DNA from: Candidatus Latescibacterota bacterium
GTDB taxonomy: Bacteria > Latescibacterota > CBDEFO01
Length of the DNA: 64,000 nucleotides
Reading direction: 5' to 3'
NCBI GenBank assembly: GCA_965237525.1
Contig: CBDEFO010000006.1
Coordinates: 64,001 to 128,000, forward strand
Shown here: piece by piece, positions 1 to 9,382 of the stretch
Position numbering within the stretch: the stretch's first letter is position 1
Layout: each line of letters starts with the position of its first letter
Position numbers and translations under genes: made by a program
The notes under the pieces: model-generated
Databases searched by the model: none
What the model saw: only the letters and a program-made list of their open reading frames with translations
What the model was told of the DNA's origin: nothing

Positions 1-357
1 TCCTTTGACCGCGAGCGACTACGCGAGGCCGTGCGCATCATCATCGATCTAACCAACCACGAGGCGCTCAAAGAACTTATCGCTGAACGCATCGTGCCGA
101 CGGACGCAGATCTGGCAACGGACGATGCCCTGGACCAGTGGATGATGCGCGCAGTCTCCACTAGTCACCACATCTCCTCGACCTGCAAGATGGGGCCGGG
201 CTCGGACCCGATGGCGGTGGTCGATCAGTACGGTAAAGTCTACGGCGTCGAGGGGCTGCGGGTAGCCGACGCTTCGATCATGCCCAACTGCGTCCGCGCC
301 AACACCAACGCTACTTCTATGGTCATCGGAGAACGGGTCGCGGATTTCATGCGGTAG
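1..357 (+). CDS. GMC (choline dehydrogenase-like) oxidoreductase, C-terminal part; 5' end outside the window
   Basis: Frame is open from base 1. GMC C-terminal motifs: HHISSTCKMG, AVVDQYGKVYGVEGLRVADASIMP, NTNATSMVIGERVA. Confidence 0.9.
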   Translation, partial: SFDRERLREAVRIIIDLTNHEALKELIAERIVPTDADLATDDALDQWMMRAVSTSHHISSTCKMGPGSDPMAVVDQYGKVYGVEGLRVADASIMPNCVRANTNATSMVIGERVADFMR

Positions 358-458
358 GGGCTATTATTTGAGGACCATAGTGTATCTGGGTTAACTTAGA
401 TTGGTTTTGCCAGAGGGCGGATTTCCGCCAGATCAAGGGGATTGAGCGGGAGTATCCA

Positions 459-1427
459 ATGGACAACGTCAGAATCACTTCAGGATTTGATAGTAAGGCG
501 GACTTCGTTCTACATCAAGGTGACTGCCTCGACCTGCTTTCCCAGATACCTAATGGGTTCGTGAACCTGGTCGTCACTTCACCGCCGTACAACCTGGGCA
601 AATCCTACGAAAGTCGCCTGGAGGTAGATGAATACATTTCCCAGCAGCGCAGAGTTATCAAGGAGTGCGTGCGTGCCTTAGACGATCGCGGAAGCATCTG
701 CTGGCAGGTCGGCAACTACGTCGATAAGGGAAAGATCGTCCCTCTTGACATAGTTCTGTACCCCATCTTCGCCTCGTCAGGATTGCATCTTCGCAATCGC
801 ATCGTCTGGCACTTTGGACACGGATTGCACGCCTCAAAGCGCTTTTCCGGCCGATATGAGGTCATTCTGTGGTTTACCAAAGGCGACGAGTATACCTTCA
901 ATCTGGACGCTGTCCGTGTGCCCCAGAAGTATCCCAAGAAGAAGCACTTCAAGGGTCCAAAGAGGGGACAGCCTTCGGGCAATCCACTGGGCAAGAATCC
1001 CGGTGATATCTGGGAGATCCCCAATGTGAAGGCAAACCATGTGGAAAAGACTATCCACCCGTGCCAGTTCCCTGTCGAATTGATCGAGCGTCTGGTGCTG
1101 TCGATGACTAATAAGGGGGATTGGGTGTTGGATCCGTTTATCGGTGTGGGAACGACAGCAATTGCTGCCTTGATGCACAAGAGAAAAGCAATTGGCTCCG
1201 AGACTATGCCTGAGTACGTGCAAATTGCAAAGGAACGTATTCGGATGGCAGAGAAAGGAGAGTTGCGCATCCGCCCAATGGGTAGGTCAGTTTACGACCC
1301 TGAGGCATCCAATCTTAACGTTCCACCGCAGAATGTACAATTAGGCTCAGAGATAAGTCAGCTTGAATTGTTCGAAAACCGTAAAGAGTACAAGGCCCAG
1401 GATCAAGATAATGAAAATCGTATATGA
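459..1427 (+). CDS. Beta-class amino-DNA methyltransferase (probably N4-cytosine), type II R-M
   Basis: Motif IV VTSPPYN precedes HPCQFP and motif I DPFIGVGTT. Overlaps the downstream endonuclease gene. Confidence 0.9.
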   Translation: MDNVRITSGFDSKADFVLHQGDCLDLLSQIPNGFVNLVVTSPPYNLGKSYESRLEVDEYISQQRRVIKECVRALDDRGSICWQVGNYVDKGKIVPLDIVLYPIFASSGLHLRNRIVWHFGHGLHASKRFSGRYEVILWFTKGDEYTFNLDAVRVPQKYPKKKHFKGPKRGQPSGNPLGKNPGDIWEIPNVKANHVEKTIHPCQFPVELIERLVLSMTNKGDWVLDPFIGVGTTAIAALMHKRKAIGSETMPEYVQIAKERIRMAEKGELRIRPMGRSVYDPEASNLNVPPQNVQLGSEISQLELFENRKEYKAQDQDNENRI

Positions 1428-1965
1428 GTATTCACATTTAGGTGGAACAGAGATATTGCAAGTGCGCTATGCAGACTACGAAGGGGAGATTTATGAAGTC
1501 ATTTCCCAAGTAGCAGCCGAAAGAACTAAAATCAGCGAAGAGAAAACGGTGCGAGGGAGAAAGTTATACTCACCTAAGGACATGAACCGGCAGTTTCGTG
1601 AGGCATTTGAGAATAGAGGGTATCGCCAATTACGCGACACATACACGATTACCATACCCAGCAGTGAAGTGACTATCCCAGGAGCCTATAAGCAGATTGA
1701 CTTTGTGAAGGAAAAGGTGTTGGTTGAGGTACAATTTGGCAAGTATGCCTTTATGTTCTATGACATGGCCAAGTTCCAGTATTTTTTCAATGAGAATAAA
1801 GCTGATGTAGATGTCGAAATCGTTCCTTGTCATGCTCTGCACAAGCAAATGTCCACCGGCGTGTCTTATGGAGAACAGTTAGTATACGACATTGAAAGGC
1901 TGAAGCGACATTTTCCCGCCGTCCCAGTAAAGTTGATTCTGATTGACGTAGATGGACCCGATTAA
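1411..1965 (+). CDS. BglII/BstYI-family type II restriction endonuclease
   Basis: ATG at 1411 (MKIVYEYSHLGG). IDFVK...VEVQFGK is the D...E-x-Q catalytic variant of BglII/BstYI. Adjacent to the MTase. Confidence 0.8.
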   Translation: MKIVYEYSHLGGTEILQVRYADYEGEIYEVISQVAAERTKISEEKTVRGRKLYSPKDMNRQFREAFENRGYRQLRDTYTITIPSSEVTIPGAYKQIDFVKEKVLVEVQFGKYAFMFYDMAKFQYFFNENKADVDVEIVPCHALHKQMSTGVSYGEQLVYDIERLKRHFPAVPVKLILIDVDGPD

Positions 1966-2010
1966 GACGTTCCCGTTGTCTCTGAAATACACCATAACAG
2001 AAACAAGAAA

Positions 2011-3129
2011 ATGCCCAAAGTCTTGGTAACAGGCGGAGCTGGCTTTATCGGCTCCCATACAGTTGATCTTCTCCTTGAGAAAGGATACGATGTAAAGATT
2101 CTGGACAGCCTTCAAGAAAGAGTCCATCCCAGAGGCAAACCGGCCTACATTCCCGATGACGTTGAGTTCATACACGGCGACGTGACGGATAAAGAGACGT
2201 TGAACCGAGCGCTCCATGGCGTAGAATATGTATTCCACATGGCCGCCTACCAGGACTACATGCCTGACTTCAGCACGTTCTTTTGTGTCAACACGGTCAG
2301 CACAGCGCTCCTGTATGAACTCATCGTCGAGTACAAACATCCCATCTGCAAGATAGTCTTAGCCTCCTCACAAGCTGTCTACGGCGAGGGTAAGTACAGA
2401 TGCGGCGAACACGGCGTGATATACCCTGGGCCCCGTTCTCTTGAACAATTGGAGAAGGGAGAATGGGAGATCAAATGCCCCCACTGCTCGGAGCCCATGA
2501 TCAATCTCTCCATCACCGAAGACAAGGTCAAGCCTCACACAGCATACGGAATTTCCAAATACGCCCTTGAAATGGCGGGTATCAGTTTGGGCAGAAAATA
2601 CGACATCCCCACAACAGCTATGAGATACTCAATCGTCCAGGGTCCACGAAATTCCTTCTACAACGCCTATTCGGGCGTCTGCCGCATATTCACGATAAGA
2701 CTCCTCCACGACATTACTCCCGTAGCCTATGAAGACGGAATGCAAAAGAGGGACTACGTCTATGTCAAAGACGCAGCAAAAGCCAACGTGTTGGTGATGG
2801 AGAAAGACGAAGCAAACTACGAGGCTTTCAACGTCGCAGGGCAGAAAGAGACCACCGTTTTGGAAGTTGCCCGCATCGTCGCTAAAAAGTGCAAAAAAGA
2901 CTTAGAACCGCTGGTGCCGGGAGAGTTCCGATTTGGCGATACCAGACACACGGTCTCGACTTCGGAAAAGCTCCAGAAGCTCGGCTGGCAGGCGGAGATG
3001 CCATTGGAAGGGATAATCCAGGAGTACGTCGAATGGGTCAAGGAGCAGCCCGACGCTGGGGATTACTACGCCGAGGCCCAGGAGAAGATGAAGAAGATGC
3101 AGATCGTCAGAACCGCAAGTAGACAGTAG
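2011..3129 (+). CDS. NAD-dependent epimerase/dehydratase
   Basis: GGAGFIG Rossmann motif, SSQAVYG, YGISK (YxxxK), RDYVYV. Confidence 0.92.
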   Translation: MPKVLVTGGAGFIGSHTVDLLLEKGYDVKILDSLQERVHPRGKPAYIPDDVEFIHGDVTDKETLNRALHGVEYVFHMAAYQDYMPDFSTFFCVNTVSTALLYELIVEYKHPICKIVLASSQAVYGEGKYRCGEHGVIYPGPRSLEQLEKGEWEIKCPHCSEPMINLSITEDKVKPHTAYGISKYALEMAGISLGRKYDIPTTAMRYSIVQGPRNSFYNAYSGVCRIFTIRLLHDITPVAYEDGMQKRDYVYVKDAAKANVLVMEKDEANYEAFNVAGQKETTVLEVARIVAKKCKKDLEPLVPGEFRFGDTRHTVSTSEKLQKLGWQAEMPLEGIIQEYVEWVKEQPDAGDYYAEAQEKMKKMQIVRTASRQ

Positions 3130-3195
3130 ACCCAGAACCACGTGTCTGCTCTGAGAATATGGATAGATCGGGCGTACCACTTCCCCGATTGTGAT

Positions 3196-3216
3196 CCCCT
3201 ATTGAATCTATAGGGG
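3196..3216. repeat. 21-bp palindromic element, variant copy
   Basis: CCCCTATTGAATCTATAGGGG, compared with consensus CCCCGATTGAATCTATCGGGG. Confidence 0.75.
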
Positions 3217-3329
3217 AGCGGGGATGGCTCGTCGCCACATCTTGCCCTCCACTGCCATCCGGGTCGGCCACTACATACAAGCTGAAACTCTGATGTTTCT
3301 AGCACGGGTATACTGCCGACAAAAAATAC

Positions 3330-3358
3330 TTGACAGTCGAACTAATATTCGTTAGTAT
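3330..3358 (+). promoter_or_regulatory. Sigma70-type promoter
   Basis: TTGACA (3330-3335), 17 bp spacer, TAGTAT (3353-3358), upstream of the tRNA. Confidence 0.7.
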
Positions 3359-3379
3359 TAGACGTGCCCACAAGAACCA

Positions 3380-3532
3380 CGTGGATGCAATAATAAGGTT
3401 GGGCAGCCCCAAGTTAAGCCTGTGGATATCTTCCTTAAGGCGGTCTGTGAAGCAGAAGACTGTACAGCTTTGGCGTGTGGTAGGCCACTTTTCCCCCGAA
3501 AAGTTCGTTGATGCTTGTTTTTGCACCCCAGG
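3380..3532 (+). ncRNA. Candidate structured RNA with 6S-like rod fold, in the tRNA leader
   Basis: TGCAATAATAAG pairs with CTTGTTTTTGCA. Internal hairpins TTGGG-CAGC-CCCAA and ACTTTTC-CCCC-GAAAAGT; GCCTG/TAGGC stem; apical hairpin. Folded by eye. Confidence 0.35.
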
Positions 3533-3545
3533 AATGACAGCCAAA

Positions 3546-3620
3546 GCGGGAGTAGCTCAGTGGTAGAGCGCGAGCTTCCCAAGCTCGATGTCGCGGGTTC
3601 GATCCCCGTTTCCCGCTCCA
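3546..3620 (+). tRNA. tRNA-Gly (anticodon CCC)
   Basis: GCGGGAG/TTCCCGC acceptor stem; D-arm GCTCAGTGGTAGAGC; anticodon arm CGAGC-TTCCCAA-GCTCG; GGTTCGATCC T-arm; encoded CCA. Confidence 0.97.
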
Positions 3621-3729
3621 TTTTTTCCAGGGACGCCAGGGACAACAGTATAATAGATACATAAGCTTGAGCGCGGTCACAGAAGTTCTTCGGCCGCGCT
3701 TACATATATAAGAATGGATTTGAGAACCT

Positions 3730-5037
3730 ATGCCTGAGAGAGTGGAAGGATCGTTAAAGGTCGTAAGTGTAGAGCCCAGAAGTATAGCTGAATCCCTGAA
3801 TATAAAAGAGGGCGACACTGTAGTAGAGATCAACGGAGAACCCCTGAGGGATATAATTGACTACAAGTTTCATTCAAGCGACGATCTTTTAGAGATCACG
3901 CTCCAAAGGGACGGACAACTCATCGAAGTGGAGGCACATAAGCCATTCGACAGCGATCTGGGTATTAGTTTTGACGATCTTGAAATAAAACAGTGCAGGA
4001 ACAAGTGCGTCTTCTGCTTCATCCACCAGATGCCCCGCGGGATGCGCCAATCACTGTACATTGAAGATGACGACTATCGGCTCTCCTTTCTGCACGGGGC
4101 GTACATCACACTTACCAACCTGAGTGAAGAGGATTTCGACAGGATAATAGAGCAGAGGCTCAACCCCATCTACGTCTCGGTCCACACGACAGATCCCGAG
4201 CTTAGGTTAAAGATGCTGGGGAGGAAAAAGTCCGCAGATGTCATCGAAGCGATCTCAAAGCTCATAGAGCACGACATAGAGATCCATACTCAAGTAGTCC
4301 TGTGCCCGGGCTACAACGACGGCCATCACTTAGAGCGGACCATAAACGACTTGAGCCAGTTCTATCCAAACGTAAAATCCATAGCCATAGTCCCCGTCGG
4401 ACTTACCAAATACAGAGAACACCTTACGCCACTTGTGTCCCTGGACTCTTCAACAGCTAAAGAATACATACGCAGAGAATTAGAATGGCACGAAAGATTT
4501 GGGAGGCAATTTGAATGCAAGTTCGTCTACCTTGCCGATGAATTCTACCTCCTTGCAGGGCACAACATCCCTGCTTACCAGCACTACGACGATTTTCCAC
4601 AGGTCGAAAACGGAGTCGGGATGACCAGGAGGTTTTTGGATGATTTTTACTCCGGTTTAGATGAACTGGCAAATCTTGCCGATCCTATAGACATAACGCT
4701 GGTGACAGGGGAGATTTGCGTCTCTTTTCTGGAGGAGGTTGTGGCTGAATTAAATCGTCATCATAGAATCTCCGCTGACCTCATCCCTGTGGAAAACCGC
4801 TTCTTCGGGGGAAATATCTCAGTATCGGGGCTCCTGACGGGAGGGGACATTGTGGATCAGTTGAAAGATAAGAGCCTCAGGTCCACTGTCCTGCTCCCTC
4901 CCAACTGCGTCAATCACGATGGCGTGCTGCTCGACGACATGACGCCCCAGGATATATCGCAAAAGCTCGGTAAGGAAGTAATCGTGGGGGACTACGACAT
5001 CCTATTTGCACTCTCCAAGATAGTACAAACAATGTAG
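3730..5037 (+). CDS. PDZ + radical SAM + DUF512 protein
   Basis: N-terminal PDZ-like segment; CRNKCVFC (CxxxCxxC); DDDYRLSFL; QVENGVG. Usual position upstream of der. Confidence 0.88.
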   Translation: MPERVEGSLKVVSVEPRSIAESLNIKEGDTVVEINGEPLRDIIDYKFHSSDDLLEITLQRDGQLIEVEAHKPFDSDLGISFDDLEIKQCRNKCVFCFIHQMPRGMRQSLYIEDDDYRLSFLHGAYITLTNLSEEDFDRIIEQRLNPIYVSVHTTDPELRLKMLGRKKSADVIEAISKLIEHDIEIHTQVVLCPGYNDGHHLERTINDLSQFYPNVKSIAIVPVGLTKYREHLTPLVSLDSSTAKEYIRRELEWHERFGRQFECKFVYLADEFYLLAGHNIPAYQHYDDFPQVENGVGMTRRFLDDFYSGLDELANLADPIDITLVTGEICVSFLEEVVAELNRHHRISADLIPVENRFFGGNISVSGLLTGGDIVDQLKDKSLRSTVLLPPNCVNHDGVLLDDMTPQDISQKLGKEVIVGDYDILFALSKIVQTM

Positions 5038-5305
5038 GGGCTAGGGCACTTCCCCCCGATTGAATCTATCGGGGGTTTACTGCCTCCACTCTCTAACAAA
5101 GCGCCACGACGCCTCGCCCAGTAGTCAGGGAAGAGCGGGCGGAGTCGCTGTCTACAGATCTGTCCCCGATTGAAATTATCGGGGATTGCTTCGGGTTTTC
5201 ACCCCCTCGGAATGACCGAAGGCAAAAACAAGCAACGTCATTGCGCGAGTCCCCGATTGAATCTATCGGGGGTCGGGGAAGCCCAGAGCTCTGCGAAGCA
5301 ATCTC
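5034..5305. repeat. Composite repeat region: GTAG-type REP, GATTGCTTCG/GTCATTGCG-type REP and three 21-bp palindromes
   Basis: Palindromes at 5054-5074, 5164-5184 and 5251-5271. GGATTGCTTCG...GGAATGAC and GTCATTGCG...GAAGCAATCTC arms. Confidence 0.75.
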
Positions 5306-5355
5306 TGCCTGTCTACTTATGTACCTGTCTACTTATGTATAGGATGTAATTCCAA

Positions 5356-6663
5356 ATGGACAAGCCTGTAGTAGCCATAATCGGCCGCCCGAACGTCGGA
5401 AAATCGACGCTATTTAACCGCATAATAAAGGAAAGGCGGGCAGTAGTAGACGAAGCTCCCGGTGTCACAAGGGACCGAAACTATGCCGAGACCGAGTGGA
5501 GCGGAAGCTCGTTTATGATAGTAGATACGGGCGGCTACGTCCCTCGCCCCGGGGATTCGATAGAGGCGGCGGTGAGGAGACAGGCGGAATTTGCGATGGA
5601 AGATGCGGATTTGATAGTATTCCTGGTGGACACGCTCACTGGGATCACAGACTTAGATGAAGACCTTGCGGGTGTATTGCACAGAAGCTCTGCAAAATAT
5701 ATCCTTGTAGCCAACAAGACGGATACCGCAAGGGAAGAGCCTGATGTCTCAAAGTTCTACCGTCTCGGATTAGGAGACCCCATCCCCGTCTCTGGCCTAA
5801 CCGGAAGGTACTCGGGCGACCTTTTAGACGAAATAGTGTCTCGACTGCCTTCTATCAAGCCGGAAGAGGAAGAAGATATACCCAAAATCAGCGTGGTTGG
5901 ACGCACCAACGTTGGCAAGTCAACCTTTGTCAACAGGGTTGTCGGGCGTGAAGTCGTAATAACAGACCCCAAACCGGGCACAACGCGCGATTCGATAGAC
6001 ACCCGTGTGAATCAAAACGGAAGAGAATACGTGCTTATTGACACAGCCGGACTTCGCAAGCGCAGCAAGATAAAGGACGAAATAGAGTTCTACAGCGCCC
6101 TCAGGACGGAGAGGAGCCTCCAGAGGTGCGATGTAGCCCTCGTACTCATAGACTCCCTCCAAGGCCCCGCGCTACAGGAATCTAAAATCATATCTACAGC
6201 CGACGAACTCGGCAAAGGGACAGCCCTTGTGGTCAGCAAATGGGATCTGGTCGAAAAGGATAACGATACCTACAATCGATTTGTCAAGGAGATAAGACAG
6301 AAGCTCCACTTTGCAGATCATATCCCATTGATCTTCACATCTGCACTCGACGGACAGCGTGTGAAGAAGGCATTAGACCTTGCATTTGAAATCTATGAAA
6401 ACCGAAGGCTCAGGATACCCACACCCAAACTAAATAAATTCTTGCAGGAATTGATGCTCCATTCTCCCCCTCCTGCCAGAAGGGGCAAGAATACCAGGCT
6501 CTTTTACTGCACGCAGCAGAGGACAGAACCTCCGACGTTCATCTTTTTCTCAAAGTACCCGGACGATGTGCTTGAGGAATACAGTCGCTTTCTGGTGAGA
6601 AAATTGAGAGAAAGCTACGGATTTGAGGGCGTTCCTATAAAGATACATATACGGAAGAAATGA
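5356..6663 (+). CDS. der: Ribosome biogenesis GTPase Der (EngA)
   Basis: Two G-domains (GRPNVGKS, GRTNVGKS; PGVTRD, PGTTRD; DTGG, DTAG) and a KH-like C-terminus. Confidence 0.97.
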   Translation: MDKPVVAIIGRPNVGKSTLFNRIIKERRAVVDEAPGVTRDRNYAETEWSGSSFMIVDTGGYVPRPGDSIEAAVRRQAEFAMEDADLIVFLVDTLTGITDLDEDLAGVLHRSSAKYILVANKTDTAREEPDVSKFYRLGLGDPIPVSGLTGRYSGDLLDEIVSRLPSIKPEEEEDIPKISVVGRTNVGKSTFVNRVVGREVVITDPKPGTTRDSIDTRVNQNGREYVLIDTAGLRKRSKIKDEIEFYSALRTERSLQRCDVALVLIDSLQGPALQESKIISTADELGKGTALVVSKWDLVEKDNDTYNRFVKEIRQKLHFADHIPLIFTSALDGQRVKKALDLAFEIYENRRLRIPTPKLNKFLQELMLHSPPPARRGKNTRLFYCTQQRTEPPTFIFFSKYPDDVLEEYSRFLVRKLRESYGFEGVPIKIHIRKK

Positions 6664-6702
6664 GGTCTACTTTCGTGTCTGAATTAAAGAGGTGACTCAA
6701 AG

Positions 6703-7686
6703 ATAACTACACAGGATCGTTCACCCACACAGGAGGAGAAGGAGTTCAAAGCCAAGCGTAAGGCGGACTGGGATGAGGTCAAGCGGTTCTGGGAAACGAT
6801 AAAGGATACTCAGAAGTCTGACGAGAAGGCTGATCCTCAATATCGACTCGCGCCCGAATATTTCCAGATTTATCTGGAGAAGAGACCTTCGGAGTTGGCG
6901 ACGAAAGCCCTCGGCAATGCGTTTACAATGTGGGGCAACTTGAAGGGAGTCAGTGAAAAGGTCCAAGAAGCCCTGATACATATTTCCTATCAGGAGGATG
7001 TATGGGATAAAGTCGAACATGGTTTGTGGCGAGCCTTCTCCCAAGACGATCGCTCTGAAGAAGTGCTGGCACTTTTGGAAGAACTGGTGCAGAAGGTCGT
7101 TCCTCTGAAGAGCCGATCTGCTTTGTTGTTCACTTTAGCTCGAGAGTGGATGGGAAAAGACGAGACGGAAAAAGCGCGCCAAGGCTTCGAACAGATTATC
7201 GAGTGGAATGGCTCCGAATGGCACGTAGAACAGGCAAAAGGAAACGTCTATGAAATCCAGAGCTTGAATGTAGGACAGCCGGCGCCTCACTTCGCCGTAA
7301 ACGATATAGATGGTAACCCTATAGACCTCGAGGACTATCGCGGGAAAGTCGTGCTCCTGCATTTTTGGTCTACAGGCTGCGGTTTTTGCCGTTACGTTTA
7401 CCCTCATCTGCGGAAGATAGCTGAAGAGTATCCGGAAGATAAGGTTGCCCTTATTGGTATATCTGAGGATATGGATTTTGAGACCCTCCGAGCCACGATA
7501 AAAGAAGAGGAATTCACCTGGCCTCAGCTATGTGAAGGCAAAGGCTGGAAGGACACTGTTGTAAGGCTCTACAATGTAAATGGCATCCCTAGCGCATACA
7601 TACTCGATAGGGATGGGAATATCACTTTTAAGATTAGTGGTGGGAAAAGCGGGCAGGAAATTGAAGAAGCGGTAAGTTCCTTGTAG
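6703..7686 (+). CDS. TlpA/ResA-like thiol-disulfide oxidoreductase with helical N-terminal domain
   Basis: GKVVLLHFWSTGCGFC (CxxC), GIPSAYILDRDG. Frame is open from 6688; RBS GAGGTG precedes ATA at 6703. The track start at 6895 is a TTG. Confidence 0.8.
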   Translation: MTTQDRSPTQEEKEFKAKRKADWDEVKRFWETIKDTQKSDEKADPQYRLAPEYFQIYLEKRPSELATKALGNAFTMWGNLKGVSEKVQEALIHISYQEDVWDKVEHGLWRAFSQDDRSEEVLALLEELVQKVVPLKSRSALLFTLAREWMGKDETEKARQGFEQIIEWNGSEWHVEQAKGNVYEIQSLNVGQPAPHFAVNDIDGNPIDLEDYRGKVVLLHFWSTGCGFCRYVYPHLRKIAEEYPEDKVALIGISEDMDFETLRATIKEEEFTWPQLCEGKGWKDTVVRLYNVNGIPSAYILDRDGNITFKISGGKSGQEIEEAVSSL

Positions 7687-7703
7687 TAGAATAGAAGCAC
7701 ATC

Positions 7704-8342
7704 ATGCTCACAATATTTACAGTAGCCATCACAAGCTACATACTCGGCTCTATTCCCACGAGCATAATAGTCTCTAAATTGCTTAAGGGAATAGACATCA
7801 GAGACTACGGGAGCAAGAACGCCGGGGCTACAAATGTATATAGGACATTAGGTCTCTGGCCGGCTGTATTTGTGAGCTTAATAGACGTAGCCAAAGGCGC
7901 TGTCTGTGTCCTCTGGGTCGCTAAGATCTCTATTGATCTATCTCCACTGGATACTAACTTCCTGGAGATCATCGCAGGGGTGGCGGTCATCTGCGGACAT
8001 ATATGGACGATATTCGCCCGCTTTAAGGGAGGAAAAGCGGTCAACACTGCGTTTGGGGTTATGGTAGCTCTGTCCTGGGTATCGGCTCTTATATGCCTTC
8101 TGGTCTGGATCGTAGTCACCTTCTCCACTCGCTATGTCTCCCTCGGATCGATATCGGCCGCCTTATCGCTGCCATTGGTCGTAGCAACACAGAAGTTCAC
8201 GCTAAAGATGGGTCTGTCGGACGAACTCTTTATCTTTACATGCCTTTCCGCTCTCTTGATCATAGCGGCTCACAGGTCCAACATAGGCAGGCTTATAAAG
8301 GGTCAGGAGAACCGATTCGGAAAGAAAAGGGAGCAGAGATGA
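7704..8342 (+). CDS. plsY: Glycerol-3-phosphate acyltransferase PlsY
   Basis: GSKNAGATN, GHIW..F..FKGGKAV, HRSNIGRL motifs; membrane protein. Confidence 0.96.
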   Translation: MLTIFTVAITSYILGSIPTSIIVSKLLKGIDIRDYGSKNAGATNVYRTLGLWPAVFVSLIDVAKGAVCVLWVAKISIDLSPLDTNFLEIIAGVAVICGHIWTIFARFKGGKAVNTAFGVMVALSWVSALICLLVWIVVTFSTRYVSLGSISAALSLPLVVATQKFTLKMGLSDELFIFTCLSALLIIAAHRSNIGRLIKGQENRFGKKREQR

Positions 8343-9337
8343 ACATTGCCTTACTCGGAGGTGGAAGCTGGGGCACAGCGCTTTCTGTACTCCTTTCTCA
8401 AAACGGCAACAGCGTCAAGCTCTATGAACGGACTCCCGAAACGGCAGAGGAGATGGCGCGCACCCGCGAAAATAAGATCCGTCTTGAAGGGGTGGTGATA
8501 GACCCTGATGTTTTCATCTCATCGGATCTGGATGCCGTCCTGGACGAAAACGAGATGATTGTCTTTGCCGTCCCCTCGCACTCTCTCAGGGAAGTGGCCA
8601 GGAGGCTTTCGGGCATCGATCTTGAAGGAAAGATCGCCATCAGCGTTGTCAAAGGCATCGAAAACGATATGCTCAAAAGGATGTCGGAAGTCCTGGAAGA
8701 GGAGCTTGCCCCATCAGGTCTGGAGGACATAGTCGCACTCTCAGGTCCCAGCCACGCGGAGGAGGTCGTAAGGTGCATACCCACAACAGTCGTCGCCGCC
8801 TCCAAGAGGATACAGGCCGCTCAAGCGGTCCAAGAGATCTTTATGAGTCCATCGTTTAGAGTCTATACAAATAGCGATCTTTTAGGTGTGGAACTCGGCG
8901 GAGCACTAAAGAATATTATAGCCCTGGCATCGGGCATGTGCGACGGACTCGGATTCGGAGATAACACCAAGGGAGCCCTTATTTCCAGGGGACTCCTTGA
9001 GATCGTCCGACTCGGAACGGCTATGGGAGCGGACGCCGCCACTTTCTACGGACTCTCCGGCATAGGGGACATCGTCACCACCTGCGCAAGCCGCCACAGC
9101 CGCAACAGATACGTCGGCGAACAGGTGGGCAAAGGGAGAAAACTTAAGGACGTCTTATCCGAAATGACCATGGTTGCAGAAGGGGTCAAGACCACGAAAT
9201 CTGCACTTCAACTATCACAAAAATTCGAAGTAGAAATGCCCATCACAGAACAGGTCCACTCTGTGCTTTTCCAGGATAAGGATCCCAAAGACGCAGTATC
9301 ACAGCTTATGATCAGAGAGGCAAAACCCGAAACATAA
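8339..9337 (+). CDS. gpsA: NAD(P)H-dependent glycerol-3-phosphate dehydrogenase
   Basis: ATG at 8339 (ATGA overlap with the plsY stop). GGGSWGTAL, SGPSHAEEV, GGALKN, SRHSRN. Confidence 0.96.
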   Translation: MNIALLGGGSWGTALSVLLSQNGNSVKLYERTPETAEEMARTRENKIRLEGVVIDPDVFISSDLDAVLDENEMIVFAVPSHSLREVARRLSGIDLEGKIAISVVKGIENDMLKRMSEVLEEELAPSGLEDIVALSGPSHAEEVVRCIPTTVVAASKRIQAAQAVQEIFMSPSFRVYTNSDLLGVELGGALKNIIALASGMCDGLGFGDNTKGALISRGLLEIVRLGTAMGADAATFYGLSGIGDIVTTCASRHSRNRYVGEQVGKGRKLKDVLSEMTMVAEGVKTTKSALQLSQKFEVEMPITEQVHSVLFQDKDPKDAVSQLMIREAKPET

Positions 9338-9382
9338 GTAGCCAGCAAAAAGCAGACAGGGAGGAGGAAAAACTATCGTAAT

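Noticed and set aside
3546..3620. tRNA-Gly as an island integration site
   Set aside because: No integrase is adjacent, and I saw no duplicated tRNA 3' end in the window.
5054..5271. Three spaced palindromes as a mini CRISPR array
   Set aside because: The gaps (89 and 66 bp) are unequal and are themselves repeat-derived; copies are dispersed in both orientations; no cas genes.
8093..8338. N-terminal extension of gpsA in the ORF track (similar extensions at 1363, 12715, 21944, 41186)
   Set aside because: These overlap upstream genes or promoters; homology and RBSs support the downstream starts.
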